From positions 58,406,001 through 58,470,000 of the forward strand of contig NC_058382.1 of the NCBI RefSeq assembly GCF_018350175.1: a DNA stretch of 64,000 bases. Reading direction: 5' to 3'. The stretch's first letter is position 1. Every line of letters begins with the position of its first letter. This DNA comes from Felis catus. Its lineage: Eukaryota. A program made the translations under genes and the position numbers. This document shows positions 12,741 to 27,190 of the stretch, one piece after another. Below the pieces are notes generated by a model that was given only the letters and a program-made list of their open reading frames with translations, was not told where the DNA came from and did not search any database.

Positions 12741-15220
12741 AAAGACGTGTAGGACACCTCAGAAGGCAGAGGGAGTGTTAAGACATTGACCTTGCTCTAT
12801 CCTCCCGGGTCTAGGGCTATGAGCTTGTTCAAAAGCTATCAGTCTGTTTCTGACTGTTCAAATGTTAAGCATACATTTTGTGCATTGTGTGTGCAATATG
12901 TTTTAAAAAAGAAAAAAATCAAAGAAGCTCCCGCTGAGACAGAGTTCACTCAGGAGCCCTGAATTCTGCCAGTGTGAGCCTGGTCGAGCTGTGAGTTCTC
13001 AGCTGCTGACCTGCCCAATTAGGTTTCGCAGTGCCAGCCTTATGGTCCAGCTCCTCAGGTCCTGGCTGTCTGGGTACCACTGGGTGAATCTCTGGATTTC
13101 TGTGGATGTGAATCTACCTGCCACAAATGCCAACTTTTGGGCCCAGAATCTCAATGAATTGGGATGCTTGGGGTCTGGGCCCAGGAATCTGCACAAATTT
13201 CCTAATATTTTCCTTGTATTTATACCTTCTATATCTTAAATTATGTCGTAAGGTCCTCCAAGTTCTTTGCATCTCAATATCCAAGGACATCACGGCACAT
13301 TTGACTTTCTACCTTGTCTTTGGGGGGGGGGAACGGAGGATGGAAGCAGGGAGTAACTTTGTTTCTTTGCCATCTTCTGACATGAGCATACAGTGGCGTC
13401 ACAGTGAGGACGAAAACGTGTTAGCACTGGGCTGGGGCTTTTCTGCTCCCGGTCTCCTAGGAGAGGGGCCACACCTGGAGCCCTTGCCTCACCTTCCCTT
13501 CTGGTCTGTGTCTTGGGCAGACACGTCAACACCCGTGCCCTGGTTCCCCCTGCAAAACGCAGACGAGGCCCTGAGACATCATAGCGGGGTTGGGAAGGTA
13601 AACGTGAGGAAAGGGTTAGATATAAGCTGCTGTTGTCTTTCGAGAAGGCTGCTTTTGCTTACTTATTCATTCGACAAACGTGCCCTGGATGTCTACTGAG
13701 CAAGTGCTCTGTTCTTTCTCGGTCCGGCCTGGAACCGCGACAACATTAAGAGTGAAGAACCTTCCTCAGCGCAGCCCTAACGTGTCCCGCTAAGTGCCAG
13801 CACATGGGGTCTTCACGACGTTCCCGCAAACAGGCGTCACCGCCCCACGTTTGACAGGACACGAGACACACCTTGCACGCAGCCGCAGAGCAAAGGCGGC
13901 AGAGCTGGGGTTCACACCTGGCACGCTGGGCCACTCACCGCCACACAACCCCTCCCGCCGGCTGGCGCCAGACCCTGCTGCCTCGTGCGGTCACCTAAGG
14001 GGGGGTGAGGCACGGCGGGATGGAACGGGAAGATTCTCCCTTGTGAGAAAATCGACTGAGACGGTCGACTCTTCTCTAGTAACGAGGCAGATGCAGAGCA
14101 GGGACCTGGGTGGTACCGAATCCTGTCCACCTCGGGCTTCACTTAATCCTCAGTGCCCGAGGAGCATCCAGGGCCCTTGGCGAACTGGCCAGTGTCCTGC
14201 CTCGGGACAGGCTCCCCGGCCACTGGGGACTGTGCCAGGCCAGGAGCCTTGCCCACGCAACTTCACGATGATTCTGAAATGCAATTATTTACAGGTTTGT
14301 AACTGGTATCTGGAACGTTTGTTCAGACAGCCCTAAATATAGTATGTTACTCTCTCTGCTTTGCGAGGCAACACAAGTTCGAGCCAAAGGTTCCCTCCGG
14401 TCAAATTCAAGCGGATGCTTCGCTGGCACCAGACGCACCGCTTTCGAAGCAAAAGACCAAGAACACAATTCTTGGCAGCTCTAGAGCTGGACTCGGTCTC
14501 ATCATCTAAAGAAAAACCTTCAGGTCCCTGCAAGGAAACAGCCACCCCAACAAGTTAATCCTTAAGGAACAAAAGGACCCTCAGAAGAAAAGCAATTTAT
14601 TCTAAGACACGGAAAGCTGATCAGATTTTGCATCCCATTCGAAGGTATCTTCGACATTTTTAAGGAGACACAAGTCAAGATTATGGGGATAAAAATATTC
14701 AAGTTACCCCCTGGACTCTGAAGCATATGCAAATGAAGTCGGAGCGCTCTGACTGCCTACCTGAGAGTTGCTGAAGGGACACAAACCATCATTTGCTGCC
14801 AGACCTTGTCGGTATTGAAGGGAAAAAAATCCCACGTGTAAGAGGCACCGAGTTGATGGAAAGCCTCAAGAAATGTCAACTAGTCAAACGGAAGTCTATC
14901 TTTAGACTGCGCTCTCTTCGCTAACGTGGCTAAAAATGCCCGCAGGGTATGGAGATTGATTCCCCTGGCTCTTCTAGCGTCTGCCTACCATGATGTCATA
15001 AAGTAGCTACTGTGTCAAGATACATACGATACCAAAGAGGGGCAGTTACGGAAGCATTTTTCTTTCGTAGCTGAGAATCATCATATGCAGAAACAACAGG
15101 TTTTCAAGTATATCAGAAAGAGAAGCTGTACAACCAAAGCTAATTACACAAGGACTTTTTACACCAAGGAGGCTTGAAAACACCAGATTCCCGGAAAACA
15201 GACTTGAAGATTTAAATCGC

Positions 15221-15430
15221 GGGGCCCCCGGGGCGGCTCAGTTGGTTGGTTCAGCGGCCGACTTCGGCTCAGGTCGTGATCTCGCGATTCGTGGGTGCGA
15301 GCCCCACGTCGGGCTCTGTGCTGACAGCTCAGAGCCTGGAGCCTGCTTCGGCTCCTCTGTCTCCCTCCCTCTCTGCCCCTCCCCGGCTTGTGTTCTGTCT
15401 CTCTCAAAAATAAACATAAAAAATTTAAAC
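15221..15430 (+). mobile_element. CanSINE
   Basis: Typical head and body with a caaaaataaacataaaaa tail. Confidence 0.9.
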
Positions 15431-17201
15431 TGCTCAAGATTTCTAAGTTGTTTTGCATTCTAAATCACCCTAATTCAATTAGAATTAGCAAGACTGATCT
15501 TCTTCTAGCAAGCACAGGGCTTTTGTTATTTGTGAAGCTCCTGCTGACTTTTCCACGTTCGGTGTCCCCAGTTCTTCAGGCGACCATGGTTAGAAATGGA
15601 AATGACATTTTATCCATTAATAATTTATCCTGCCCGTTTCGTACTGGATGGGTGCTATGGTAGAGACCACAACATCCGCCAGGGTGATTCTGAGCACACG
15701 GCTGGGTCTGACGGGACATCTCTACACAACCACACCCCGCCCCCCGCCTGCCCTCAGATCCCTTCAGATTTAAGATTTTGACGGACAGAGTTTCTCAGTA
15801 CACGAATATGCTTTGTGTCATTCCTTAAAGCCTCTTCTACAAAAAGGCAAAGGGAGAATACAAATGCGTGGCTACCGGGCAGCTTCTCACTTTTATCCTG
15901 GGGAGGAAACAATCTGGTTCTTAGCGCCAGGGAGACCACAGGCCCGGGGACCTCACCACAAGGCTGGGTGGCGAGGTGGGGGGAGCCCGGCACGGGCTTC
16001 TGCTGTTTTTACAAGGATGTAGGAGGTGTGTGCACTTGGGAAACGTGTTTTTGTTCTTCTAAACCTACATTCCTCCTTTTGGAACATTTAACACGCTTTC
16101 TTCTGAAAACCTAAGCCTGACTCAGCCGCAGAGCGGGAACCTGGTTCCGGGCCGAAATCCCGACGGGAGGGAGGCACGGCTTTCCTGGGAAGCTGGTGGG
16201 AAAAATGAGCACAAGAATCCCACAGGGAGGTGAACACAAGGTGCAAGAGTCGGTCTTGAAAATGCCTCCCGAGTTACAGCCCTGGCCACACCTTCATTCC
16301 ACCCAGCTCTGCCAGCTCCCCTTGGCCTTGGGCCGCTGTAGCACGTGCTACAGGAAAAGAGCTTTTCCCGGGAAAAGAGCTTTCTTTGGTGGTAAATGCT
16401 CCCTTTCCGAAACAAACACAGACCCACTCGGAACGAGACGGCTCCCCGCTCTCCGACCCGTCACCCCTCTGTCCGCGTCCTCACGTGAAGGAACACCAGC
16501 TTCAGAAGCTGAGGGGGAGGGGTGTCCGAAGAAAGGGCGGAGAAAAGGACGCCTGCAGGAGAGAACAAATGCCGCGGTACCACAGAGCCCCCTCGTCCTC
16601 TCCTCGGATTGCGTTACAGAGCTTGACCACCTGTTCCAACCACAGAGCTCGCAGAGCTCTGTGAAGCGCGGGGAGTCTAAGTTCGGTGTTGCTTTTGTTG
16701 CTTCAAATACAAAAGAAACAATTACAGAACAGATTAGAACCAGTTGGATCATCATGCGAGTGAGTTAGGAGTTGGGACTGATTTCCGCCTCTCAAAGGTC
16801 ATCTTAATACGGTTCCCTTTTCCCCTTTGCGGTCCCACAGGTTCACGAGCTTTCTGGTTGACTGAGAAGCATCACAGCCGCGCTCCCGCGCGAATTCCTA
16901 CTTTCAGCAGTGGCTGTTTTCACCCTTCACGATGAAGGTTTCTCAGGCGACGGTGGCATCGTTCCCACTGTGTGGTCGCGGCAGCGACGTGCGCCCGACG
17001 GGCGTGGGGCCGCGCGGTTCAGGGCTGCAGGCTCCCCACCGCGGACACCAGCCCGCCGTGCACCCGATCCCGGGACCGGACACGAACCCAAACGGGACGA
17101 AAAGTCACAAACACTCAAGTACCAGATCTGGGCTTTTTCTGTTAAAGGTAGTTCGTAAGACTTAAGAAGCATTCTCTCCAGATTATAAAAGGTTAAAACT
17201 G

Positions 17202-17207
17202 TTTAAT
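17202..17207 (-). terminator. EMC8: Candidate EMC8 polyadenylation signal (ATTAAA)
   Basis: tttaat on + reads ATTAAA on -, about 290 nt after the stop codon. Use of this site is not verifiable from sequence. Confidence 0.35.
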
Positions 17208-17494
17208 AGGAACAATCTTGGACAGGCAGAAACAGCTTTGATTTGGAGGATTAGAGCAACATACAACTGGGAAGGACTCCACAGGGGCAGTCGGATGGGA
17301 CAGTCTGCACCTCTTCTAGCGACTGCATTAAAAAGCCGGCAGATGGACATCCTGCCCTCTGTCAGGACACGTGCCACCTCTGAGAACGGCCAGCTCTCCA
17401 CACGGGCTATGGGAGAGATGTTATTTACACTGAAAAATAGCTTTCTTCTTCCGTGCAGTGGACATAGCCAGAGAGCAGTCACTAACACCCCTCC

Positions 17495-17803
<309 letters not shown>

Positions 17804-18128
17804 CTAAAGAGCACGGGGCATGGTTGAGAAACGAAGGAGCCCCTTCCAAACGAAATTCTGAAGAAGCCGGAGGGGGATGGCAGATGCTTTCAGAGTGCTT
17901 ATAAATAACCACAGCAGAGGCCCGGAAAAGGGGGCCCGGGGGCGGGGCGGGGACCTCGGAGTAGCGCTCAGCTTCTCTCAGGAGCCAGGGAGCATGCACG
18001 CTTTCTGTGTGAGGTCTGTACACCCCCCTGGAGAATACGCTCTCTCGAAACCAGAGGCCGGGCCGGCTTTCCCGGGGGAGCAGCCCCCAGCACACCGCAC
18101 GGGGCCGCCCCGAGGACACGGCACTCAC

Positions 18129-18424
<296 letters not shown>

Positions 18425-18589
18425 TTACGGAGAATAAGTGCTCAGTACTTCACAGCTTTCTCACAAAAGCAGAGCTTCTGCCCCCCTGTTAGAAGTCTGT
18501 CTGGACTGAGGTTGTGTACCAAGGGTTTGATGTTTGCTACCGTCTGCCTGACTTCTTCCTTCCCTCTGGGCTGTCGGCTGCTCTGATTC

Positions 18590-18731
18590 AACGGCTCTCA
18601 CACTGGAGCGTGCATCAGAATCATCTGGAAGCTTATTCAAGCAGCCTGCTGGGCCCTGAGAATCTGCATTTCCGACACGTTCCCAGGTGGTGCTGATGCC
18701 GCTGGCACAGAGCCCCACTCTGAGGACCACT
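18590..18731 (+). mobile_element. MER5A-like hAT DNA transposon relic in EMC8 intron 3
   Basis: gcatcagaatcatctggaagctt..gggccctgagaatctgcatttc..ttcccaggtggtgctgatgccgctgg..ccactctgaggaccactg resembles MER5A. Confidence 0.7.
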
Positions 18732-18960
18732 GAGCTGGAACGACCGCCCCTCCTGGAGGCGTGGAGTGGGCCGCGCCCCAGCGGCATTCACACTGCGCCT
18801 GCGGGTCTGCAGCCGGGAGGAGGCCACGAAGGGCGGCACTGGTCTGACGGAGCCTCTGCGGAGAGGAGACCGCTTACACGAGAAAGCTCCGCGTGAGCAA
18901 GAGAACGCTCGGCAGCCGGTCCGGCCACAGAAAACGCGACAGCGCCCAAGAGTGACTCAC

Positions 18961-19030
18961 CATGACGAGGGCGGTATCGCCGAAGCCCTCGGCGATTCTG
19001 GAGGCCACCTTCTCTGCAACCTGGTTCGGA
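18961..19030 (-). CDS. EMC8: EMC8 coding exon 3 (70 nt)
   Basis: Acceptor tcttttgcag; encodes (S)[23 protein letters not shown]; donor GTGAGT. Confidence 0.95.
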
Positions 19031-21817
19031 CTGCAAAAGACGCGGCAGTGAGCTGACAGTCGTTCTAGTGGACGCCGTCCAACAGTCTCCCCCGGGGCAG
19101 GGCTCACAAGCACGGAGGCAGAGGGCGGTGCCGGTAACCTGTGCGCGCTCGTCACGCCTGCTAAGGCGGCTTCTGGCCGTCGCGGTCAGCCGCAGGGACT
19201 TGTGCCGAGGGCAGGGAGTGCTGTCGGGCCACGGGGAGCACGGCGCGAAGCGGGCCCTTGCCTTCCGGCAGAGGCACCCTGAGCAGAAGGGCCCCCTGGA
19301 GCCAGCGGAGAGGAGAGCGCAGCACACGCTCGGAGCTCCCGCCCTCTGACGCCTCCCTGGCCGCCCGCTTCATCACACACCTACTCACAGAGGGACTCCA
19401 TCTACCTCTCGGCTGCTGGCAATGGAGTCGGCCGCCTTTTCTTTTAAGTTTAAACATTTCTAGGCCATTCCAAATCTTCTCCACGCTCGTCAGCCTCCAA
19501 TCGCTGGCTCCGGCCCATCCCGACCTCGATAAGTGACAACTTGCACCCTTGAGTCCATAGAGCAGACCAGAGAGGCTCCCGCATCATCCCTGCACTACCC
19601 TCACCGCCCTGGCTGTTTTCTGATCCCATCTCAGGCAGAGGCCTCCTCGCACCCGGGGGCCCCTCCACGCAGACCTCCTCCTCAGGGGTCTCCTTTAGTG
19701 GCCCCTGCCCCGCTCCAAATTTGAGCCGGTCTCTTCCTCCATGGGAAAAAACACTGTTTGCCTGGTTCCCGCTGTCCAACCTTTCACCCGTGTTTCTTAA
19801 ATTTCAACCAATCTCACTCTTGAATAAGCCGGCAGTCTTGTCTCTTCGTGCCACGGGGGTACCCACCCCCTTACCTTCGAGGGTCTGCACCCCGGAGGCC
19901 TGCCAAGCACCCTCATCCTCCCCCCCGCCCTGCGGCCCAGCTGGAACCTCCCGCTCTACCTTCTCTGACGGCCCACTCCCCCTTGACCCTCACCGGGTGC
20001 TGGAGACTCTTCCCTTGCCTCGGCCTCCTCTGCTCTCCTCCCACTCACTGTGCTCAGGCTGTCACCCTACACCTGGGTTTTTCCAAAACTGCTTCCTAAC
20101 CGGCCTCGTTTTCTAGGCTCTTATCTCGTGTATGTTCAGATCAAACTTCCTAAAATGAAACTTCCAGTCTGTTTCCTGCGACTCATCAAAGCTTGGGAGA
20201 GAAGAGTCCACTGTGCTCAGCTTCGTGCGTCCCGCCTTTCTCCCTGTGGACCAGCTACCGTTCCTACACACAGGAGCAGTGCTTTGTGTGTCTTCAACGT
20301 CAGTGCAACGGCCTGCATACGGTCTCCCTCGCGTGCTCCTCCCCGGCACTCACGCTGTTCCCTGTTCGGGATGCCCTTCCAACCTGCTCTCTGCTTACCG
20401 AATCCCTTCCCGTCCACGATGCCCAGAAAACTCTGTTCTCGCCACACTGCCCCGGCGGGGGTCCATCTGGCCTGCCTCTAAACTGTTTATTCCTGAAGTG
20501 CTTTAACGCCTAACCCTTGGCGCACAGATCTTTCTGTGCATCTTATTTTTGCCCCGCACAATGAAGAGTCTCAGCTTTTTGAATCAAGGATGGAGACATA
20601 ATATATTTTAACGGCCACAAAAACACATGGGTAATTATGGGGTTTACCTAAGGAAACATACGATTATGCTGTGACTGAGCTGGGAAAAAAAAAAAAAAGT
20701 CCGATTAATAATGTCTTAGGAAAATGAGGTATTTTATTTAATTACTCCATTTTCACGTCCAAAATTGAGAATTTGCAGTGATGTGATGCCTCTAAGTCTG
20801 CAGGATTAGAAAAAATGACGCAAAAACAACAGAGCAGTCTAAAGGAGAACGGGCCCCAGGGGCTGCTGTCCCTCAGGCCACCACGGAAAGCCTGGCAAGG
20901 GACGCACAGCCGTGCCGCATTTACCAGGAGCCGGCAGGCACCCAGTTACCACGGCTCGAGTGGCGAATGGCAAGGAGGGGGACTGGAGCCACGGAGGAGG
21001 CCTGCCTATTCACCCACGAAACGCGGGCCAGACACAATCCGACGTCCCTAACTCACGCCTCAGATGCAGAGAAAAGAAGTCGCTGTTTGCTAAGGAAGCG
21101 ATCTTCTGAGACTCGTGAAGCTTCTGCCATGAAGACACTTCTAAAACCATCGTCCTGACATTTATGATGACCACTCATAGTAGCTAGCGACTTTTATCAG
21201 GAAGGGGTCAAGAAACATTCATTAAAAACAACAACGACCTCTTCAGATGCCCCGAAACTCAAATTTAAAATGCATTCTTTTGAAAAAAGTCAAATTGCAG
21301 TTAATGAGCTGAAAAAGTATTTGAAAGAAATGCCACTTTACAGTTTTGGCATCACGCACTTACTCTCAAATCCTGACCAGCCTCAGCCCTGACTGCCTTC
21401 CTAATGTGGGACTGTCACTTTATGGGAGCAGCGTCACCCCCTTGCTTCTTCCTAGGCCGGGTCACCCCCTTGTTCCCGTCAAGACTCGGCTCAAAGAAAC
21501 CTCCAGGCGCACCCTGGAGGCAGAGACCCCTTTGCCAATCCCCTTCCCCGCTCGCAAAGCCAGAAATCTGCTTGAACTGAGATCGCACATTCTCGACCTA
21601 AATGCTTTTTTTTGAGCATCTAACCTCAGGCCAGGGCGCTGTGCCTGGTACTGACGTTCACCCACATGTAATCCGAATTAGGAAGCAAAACACCAGTCAT
21701 TATCAAGTACTAAATAAAACTTGACACGATGCCCTTAAGCTTAATAAAATAGCTACAAACATGTTACGCCTCAAAATATTAAAATATGCATTGGTTTTTT
21801 TAAAAACTATGTTTCCT

Positions 21818-22045
21818 GGGGTGCCTTGGTGGCTCAGGCGGTTCAGTGTGCGACTCTTCATTTCAGCTCGGGTCATGACCTCACGGTTCATGGGTTCGAG
21901 CCCCGCGTCGGGCTCTGTGCTGACAGCTCGGAACCTGGAGCCTGGAGCCTGCTTCGGATTCTGTGGCTCCCTCTCTCGCTGCCCCTCCCCTGCTCGTCCT
22001 CTGTCTCTCTCACTCTCAAAAATAAATAATAAAACATTAAAAATA
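21818..22045 (+). mobile_element. CanSINE
   Basis: Head, (CT) tract and A tail; TSD aactatgt(t/c)tcct. Confidence 0.92.
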
Positions 22046-22084
22046 CAACTATGTCTCCTATGTTGTACTTTTCATCTCTGTGGC

Positions 22085-22266
22085 TTATTTATTTAAATTT
22101 TATTTATTTATTTTGAGAGCGAGAGAGGGAGAAAGAGAATCCCAAGCAGGCTCTGTGCTGTCAGGGCAGAGCCTGATGTGGGGCTTGAACTCAAGAACTG
22201 TGAGATCACACCCTGAGCCCAAATCAAGAGTCAGATGCTTAACCGACTGAGCCACCCAGGTGCCCC
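22085..22266 (-). mobile_element. CanSINE
   Basis: Ends in gactgagccacccaggtgcccc with T-rich tail on the left. Confidence 0.9.
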
Positions 22267-22420
22267 TTGTGACTCATTGATTTTGTAATTTAAAGTCTGT
22301 ACCTCTTAATCCCCTTCATCTATTTCACCTAGCCCCCCACCCACCTACCCTCTGGTGACCACCAGCTTATCCCCTGTATTTAATAGTTATTCGTTATTTA
22401 TATTTATTACTATTACTAAC

Positions 22421-22623
22421 AATTTTTTAAAAACATTTATTCATTTTTGAGAGTAAGAGAGACAGAGCATGAGCAGGAGAGGGGCAGAGAGTGAGACACA
22501 GAATCCGAAGCAGGCTCTGAGCAGTCAGCACGGAGTCTTACGTGGGGCTTGAAGTCACAGACTGCAAGAACACGATCTGAGCTGAAGTCAGACCCTTAAC
22601 CAACTGAGCCACCCAGGCACCCC
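22421..22623 (-). mobile_element. CanSINE
   Basis: Ends in actgagccacccaggcacccc; (GA) tract. Confidence 0.9.
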
Positions 22624-22629
22624 TATTAT

Positions 22630-22739
22630 TTTTAAAAAGATTTTATTTTTAAGTAATTTCTACACCTAACATGAGGCCCAAACTCACAACCCCGAGATCA
22701 AGAATCGCATGCTCCACTGACAAGACAGCCAGGTGCCCC
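22630..22739 (-). mobile_element. Short CanSINE subtype
   Basis: aactcacaaccccgagatcaagaatcgcatgctccactga..cagccaggtgcccc. Confidence 0.8.
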
Positions 22740-22749
22740 AAGAGTTTAA

Positions 22750-23520
22750 GATTCCACATGTAAGTGAAATCATATGATATTTGTCTTTCTCTGACTTCTT
22801 TCACTTAGCATAATACCCCTGAAGTCCATCCATGTGGTCAAAAACGGCAAGATCTCATTTTCTATGGCTGAGTACTATTCTATGTGTGTATATACCACAC
22901 CTTCCATATCTGTTCATCTACCGATGGGCACTGAGGTTACTTCCACGGTCTTGGCTATTGTAAACAGTGCTGCGACCAGCGGTGCATGTATCTTTTCTAA
23001 TTATTATTTTTGTTTTCTTTAAATACCCAGTAGTGGAATTACTGGATCATATGGTGGTTCTATTTTTAACTTTGGGGGGCCCTCCACACTGCTTCCACAG
23101 AGGCTGCACCAATTTGCATTCTCCACCAACAGGTCCTCTTTCCTCCACATCCTCACCAACACTTGGTATTTCTTATGTTGATTTTAGCCATTCTGACAGC
23201 TGTGAGGGGACATCTCATTGTGGTTTTGACTGGTATTTCCCTAATGATGAGTGATGCCAAGCGTCCTCTCTGTTGGGACTGTTGTGCCTTCTGTACGTCT
23301 TCTTTGGAAAAATGTCTATTCAGGTCCTCTGCTCATTATTTATTATTTTTTTTTTTTGGGGGGGGAGTGTTGAGTTGTAGAAGTTCTTTCTGCATCTTGG
23401 GTATTAACCCCTTATGGGTTACGTCACTTGCACACATCTTCTCTCACTCACTCGCCTGCCTTTTTTTGTTGGTGGTTTCCTCGGCTGTGCAAAAGCTTTT
23501 TCTTTTGGTATAGTCCTAAT
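22750..23520 (-). mobile_element. L1 fragment (ORF2 3' region)
   Basis: gattccacatgtaagtga..ttgtctttctctgactt..cacttagcataatac..aaatacccagtagtggaattactggatcatatgg..tctttggaaaaatgtctattcaggtcctctgc. Confidence 0.88.
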
Positions 23521-23649
23521 AGTACATTTGAATGATCCTTTTTTGGAAAAAGCAAATCATAGGACTAGTAATAGTAACAGCCCAAAGCTGGCACTTCCAA
23601 CCAAGCACAAAGCTAAACATGATACACGTTGCTTCACTTTGTCCTCAAG

Positions 23650-23775
23650 ACCAGTTTCTGAGGCGTGAGCTTTAACCACCATTTTACAGACAGGACCACT
23701 GCAGCCCAAAGAGGTGAATCAGTAAGTCATCTGTGCTTTGAATCCAAGTCTACCTGACTGTAAGGCCCAGGCTGT
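23650..23775 (+). mobile_element. MIR fragment
   Basis: ccattttacaga..gaggtgaa..tttgaatccaagtct..tgactgtaaggccc core. Similar MIR-like cores occur near 1095-1140, 6655-6730 and 47460-47560. Confidence 0.55.
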
Positions 23776-26031
23776 GAGACAGTCCATCAGCTGGTATTTC
23801 TAAAAGGACACATCTTAAGTTAGGTCTGGCTGAGAGACAAGTGAAGGTTTTCCCGGCAAATAGTATTAGACACGGACGTTAGCATAATCGTAGCTCCTGA
23901 GCTTCCAAGCTGTGTGTGTGGCGTCTGTGCAGTGACCGTGTCTGCATGGACTTTCCCCACCGGAGTGTCGTGAGGGTTGGAAAGGATGACACACAGTCCC
24001 GGCACACACACCGGGAGGATAAGCGCCCCCCCCCCCCAAATCTAGCAGAGACTCATCAGAAGGGACTAAAGGGTAACTGGCCCTCTTGTCCCCCAGCGCT
24101 CTTTAATCCCCCTACAGATCTGACAAGGGCCTCTTAGTAGGCACGTAAACAGACATAGATGAGAGAATGCAAAACCTCCTGAGCAGAGCAGGTGAAGGAA
24201 ATGGGAAAGTCTAGATTACGAGTCGCATGAAAATGGTGTCTGGGTAGGAGAAGGCTGGGCTGGGCTGGACTGAGGTCCAAATAGAGGCAGGAAGACAGAG
24301 GCGCCGTGAGCCACACAGGCACGCAGATGAGAGCCGTGCACACACACGTGGGGCAACCACGCTAGGCCGGGGTTTCGGAGTGTGCTGGGGGGGGAAGGAA
24401 AGGGAGGCTTCTACACTTAACACACTGGTGCCATTACCTCCTGCCTGGTCTCCTGGCCTTTCTGCGAGAGCACCTGTGGGAGGGTATTGCTCGGTTCGGG
24501 AAACCTCCTTCCGAGGACAGCTCCCCACTGCCTACAAAGTGCAGTTCCAAAGGCCTTAGAACCCGACCTTTCTAGGGTTGATTCCTAGCATTTCCCTCCG
24601 TGTGCGCCCTGGATTCCCGCCCACTTCCGCCCGGTGTCTACCTCACGCGTCCCCTCTCTGGACGCTCTTCCCCCCTCTCTCCACACGTGAACCTGACAAG
24701 CCCACTCCCGGGTGCCCGTTCAGATGACACCGCTCCCCGAGGGCTCTCCTCGTCATCCCCACAGAGCAGCTCCTCGTTGCTCTTGCTGCGAGAGCCTCTG
24801 CACCACCCTCACGGCGTGCGTGTGGCCCTGGGCCGGTCCTTCCGGGCCCGGTCTTTCACGTGACAAAGACCGAGACCACAAGGGCCCTGTGAACAGGTCT
24901 GGATCAGAGACGCAGCCGTGGTGTCATCAATGCGCGGGGGGCTGATGGGATCACACGCAGAAGGGGCCCGTGGAGGAGTGGTGGTTCCCGGGACCACAGA
25001 GGCCCTGCATGTTGCCATCCAAGCAGGGGCTCTCGCCAGGGTTGTCTGGAGCCCAGCACTTGGCTGGTCACCCTGCCTCCCCGTGAGTCCTGCCCGCACC
25101 CAGTCCCTGAAGCACGTCTGTGCCTCATCAATGACGGCAACACCTGGTCACCGGCTCACTGCGTTATTTCCTAAAGTGCTCCTGAGTCCATCCCCTCACT
25201 TATGCTGAGCAAGTGGGTGCGCTCCGGGCATCCCAGGAACTCTGGGACCGTCCACTGCAGCCCCCAACTGCTTGGACGCCGGAGTCAGTGGCTCTGTCTG
25301 ACGACGTGAGCCGAGCGAGAGGGCCGTGCCGGGCACCTCCCATCTGCGCCTGGTTTCCGGCTGGAGGAAATCACAGGGAGATCAGAGTACCGACTCCTCT
25401 GGGGCTGGCCCTGCTGGCCGTGTCCCTAGAGGGACTGCTTCTCTTGAGGTGCACGTCCTTACCGCCCTCTTCCCCTCGGTCCCTCTAGGCGCAGGGCTGG
25501 TGGTGCCTTCTGTCCGAGCCCTCCCCTCTGGTGAGTTCCCTTACACGCTGCCCAAGACCTTCGGAAACGACCCTCGGACCAGCCCTCCTCAAGTTATCCG
25601 AACATCCAGCGTGCCGTCCCTGTCTCTGTGGAGGAGGAGACTAACGCAGAAAGCGAGCGAAGTCCTCGCCTTTGCTCACTAGTGAGAACCAGGGGCCCAC
25701 AAGAAGGGAGCTGCAAACACTACATCCTCATCACGGTACAGACCCTAAGAGCACCAAACCCAAAAGTTGTTTTATTTGTCCCCAAAGACGGCGGCAGTCT
25801 TTCCTAATGCTCGGCCCTACACCATTCCTAGCTGGGATCGGAATCAGAGGCCCCTGACTGTCGCTTTCATTGCGTGAATTCCCTTCAAGCAAAATACAGA
25901 TGATACAAAACTCAATTCCAGATTAATGGAAGTGTCACAATTTCTGTGTGGAAATTAACCACCCCGCAGCTCCTCTCAGACGCTATAAACGAGCACAGAA
26001 GGCGAGGAGGGGTTTGTTGTCACAGAGCCTA

Positions 26032-26238
<207 letters not shown>

Positions 26239-26949
26239 TCACCTCTTAATAAACACAGGAGACCTTGCCCCCCGTCCCCCCCCCCCCCCCCCGGACAAGA
26301 CACAGTATAATCCCTGAATCCTCGTCCCCAGGAGAAAGCTACAAGAAAATGGGTGCTCCCACGAGAAAGGCCACACTAGCTTGCTGTGCATGGTCTACGG
26401 GAGGCCACATCACTCTCGCTGAGGGGCCCCAACGCCCACACACGTGGCACAGGGGCAGCACTGCAGGGAGGTGGAGGAGGGGACCATCTTTACCCACCTC
26501 CTCGTCAGATACAAAGAATGGAGGCATTCTGGGGCTTGAGCAAGCCTTCAGACACCGGAAATCGATCCCTCACAGAGAAGCAAACTAAACCTATACATTG
26601 ACACAGCCGGGGGCAGAGCCAGAATGGGAATCTCGGTCTCCTGAAACCAAGTTTTTTTATATTATATTTAAATTTCTGTATTCCTGGCAACAAACCATGA
26701 AAACACTTTATGCTGGGATGTGGGGTAAACAGGCCACGGACATCTGTGGGCAGAGACAGGTGGGGGTGTGTATGCACATGCACACACACACCCTCTCTCT
26801 CGTGCACTCAATTCCCTGTGGCATGCTTTCAAATGGGAGCACGGTGGCCGACTTTCAAAGTTTTTAGATTTAGCTTCTGGCAGGTCTAATGCCATTATTA
26901 AAAACAACAAAAGGTCCTCCTGTTTTGCCATAATGGAATTTTAAAAAAT

Positions 26950-26975
26950 ATTTTATTTTTTTAATGTTTATTTTT

Positions 26976-27011
<36 letters not shown>

Positions 27012-27190
27012 GCGAGCGTGAGCAGGGGAGAGGCAGACAAAGAGGGAGACGCAGAATCCCAAGCAGGCTCCAGGCTCCAGGCTCCAAGCTGTCAGTAGAG
27101 AGCCCGATGTGGGGCTCGAACCCATGAACTGCGAGATCACGACCTGAGCTGAAGTCGGACGCTCAACCGACTGAGCCACCCAGGTGCCCC
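26950..27190 (-). mobile_element. CanSINE with long (GA)n
   Basis: Full body; TSD gcc(a/g)taatggaattttaa. Confidence 0.93.

Noticed and set aside
1..14000. Exons of the neighbour expected from human synteny (C16orf74) or a miRNA
   Set aside because: I could not recognise any coding exon or credible hairpin. CpG-rich patches near 5200-6500 are not sufficient evidence.
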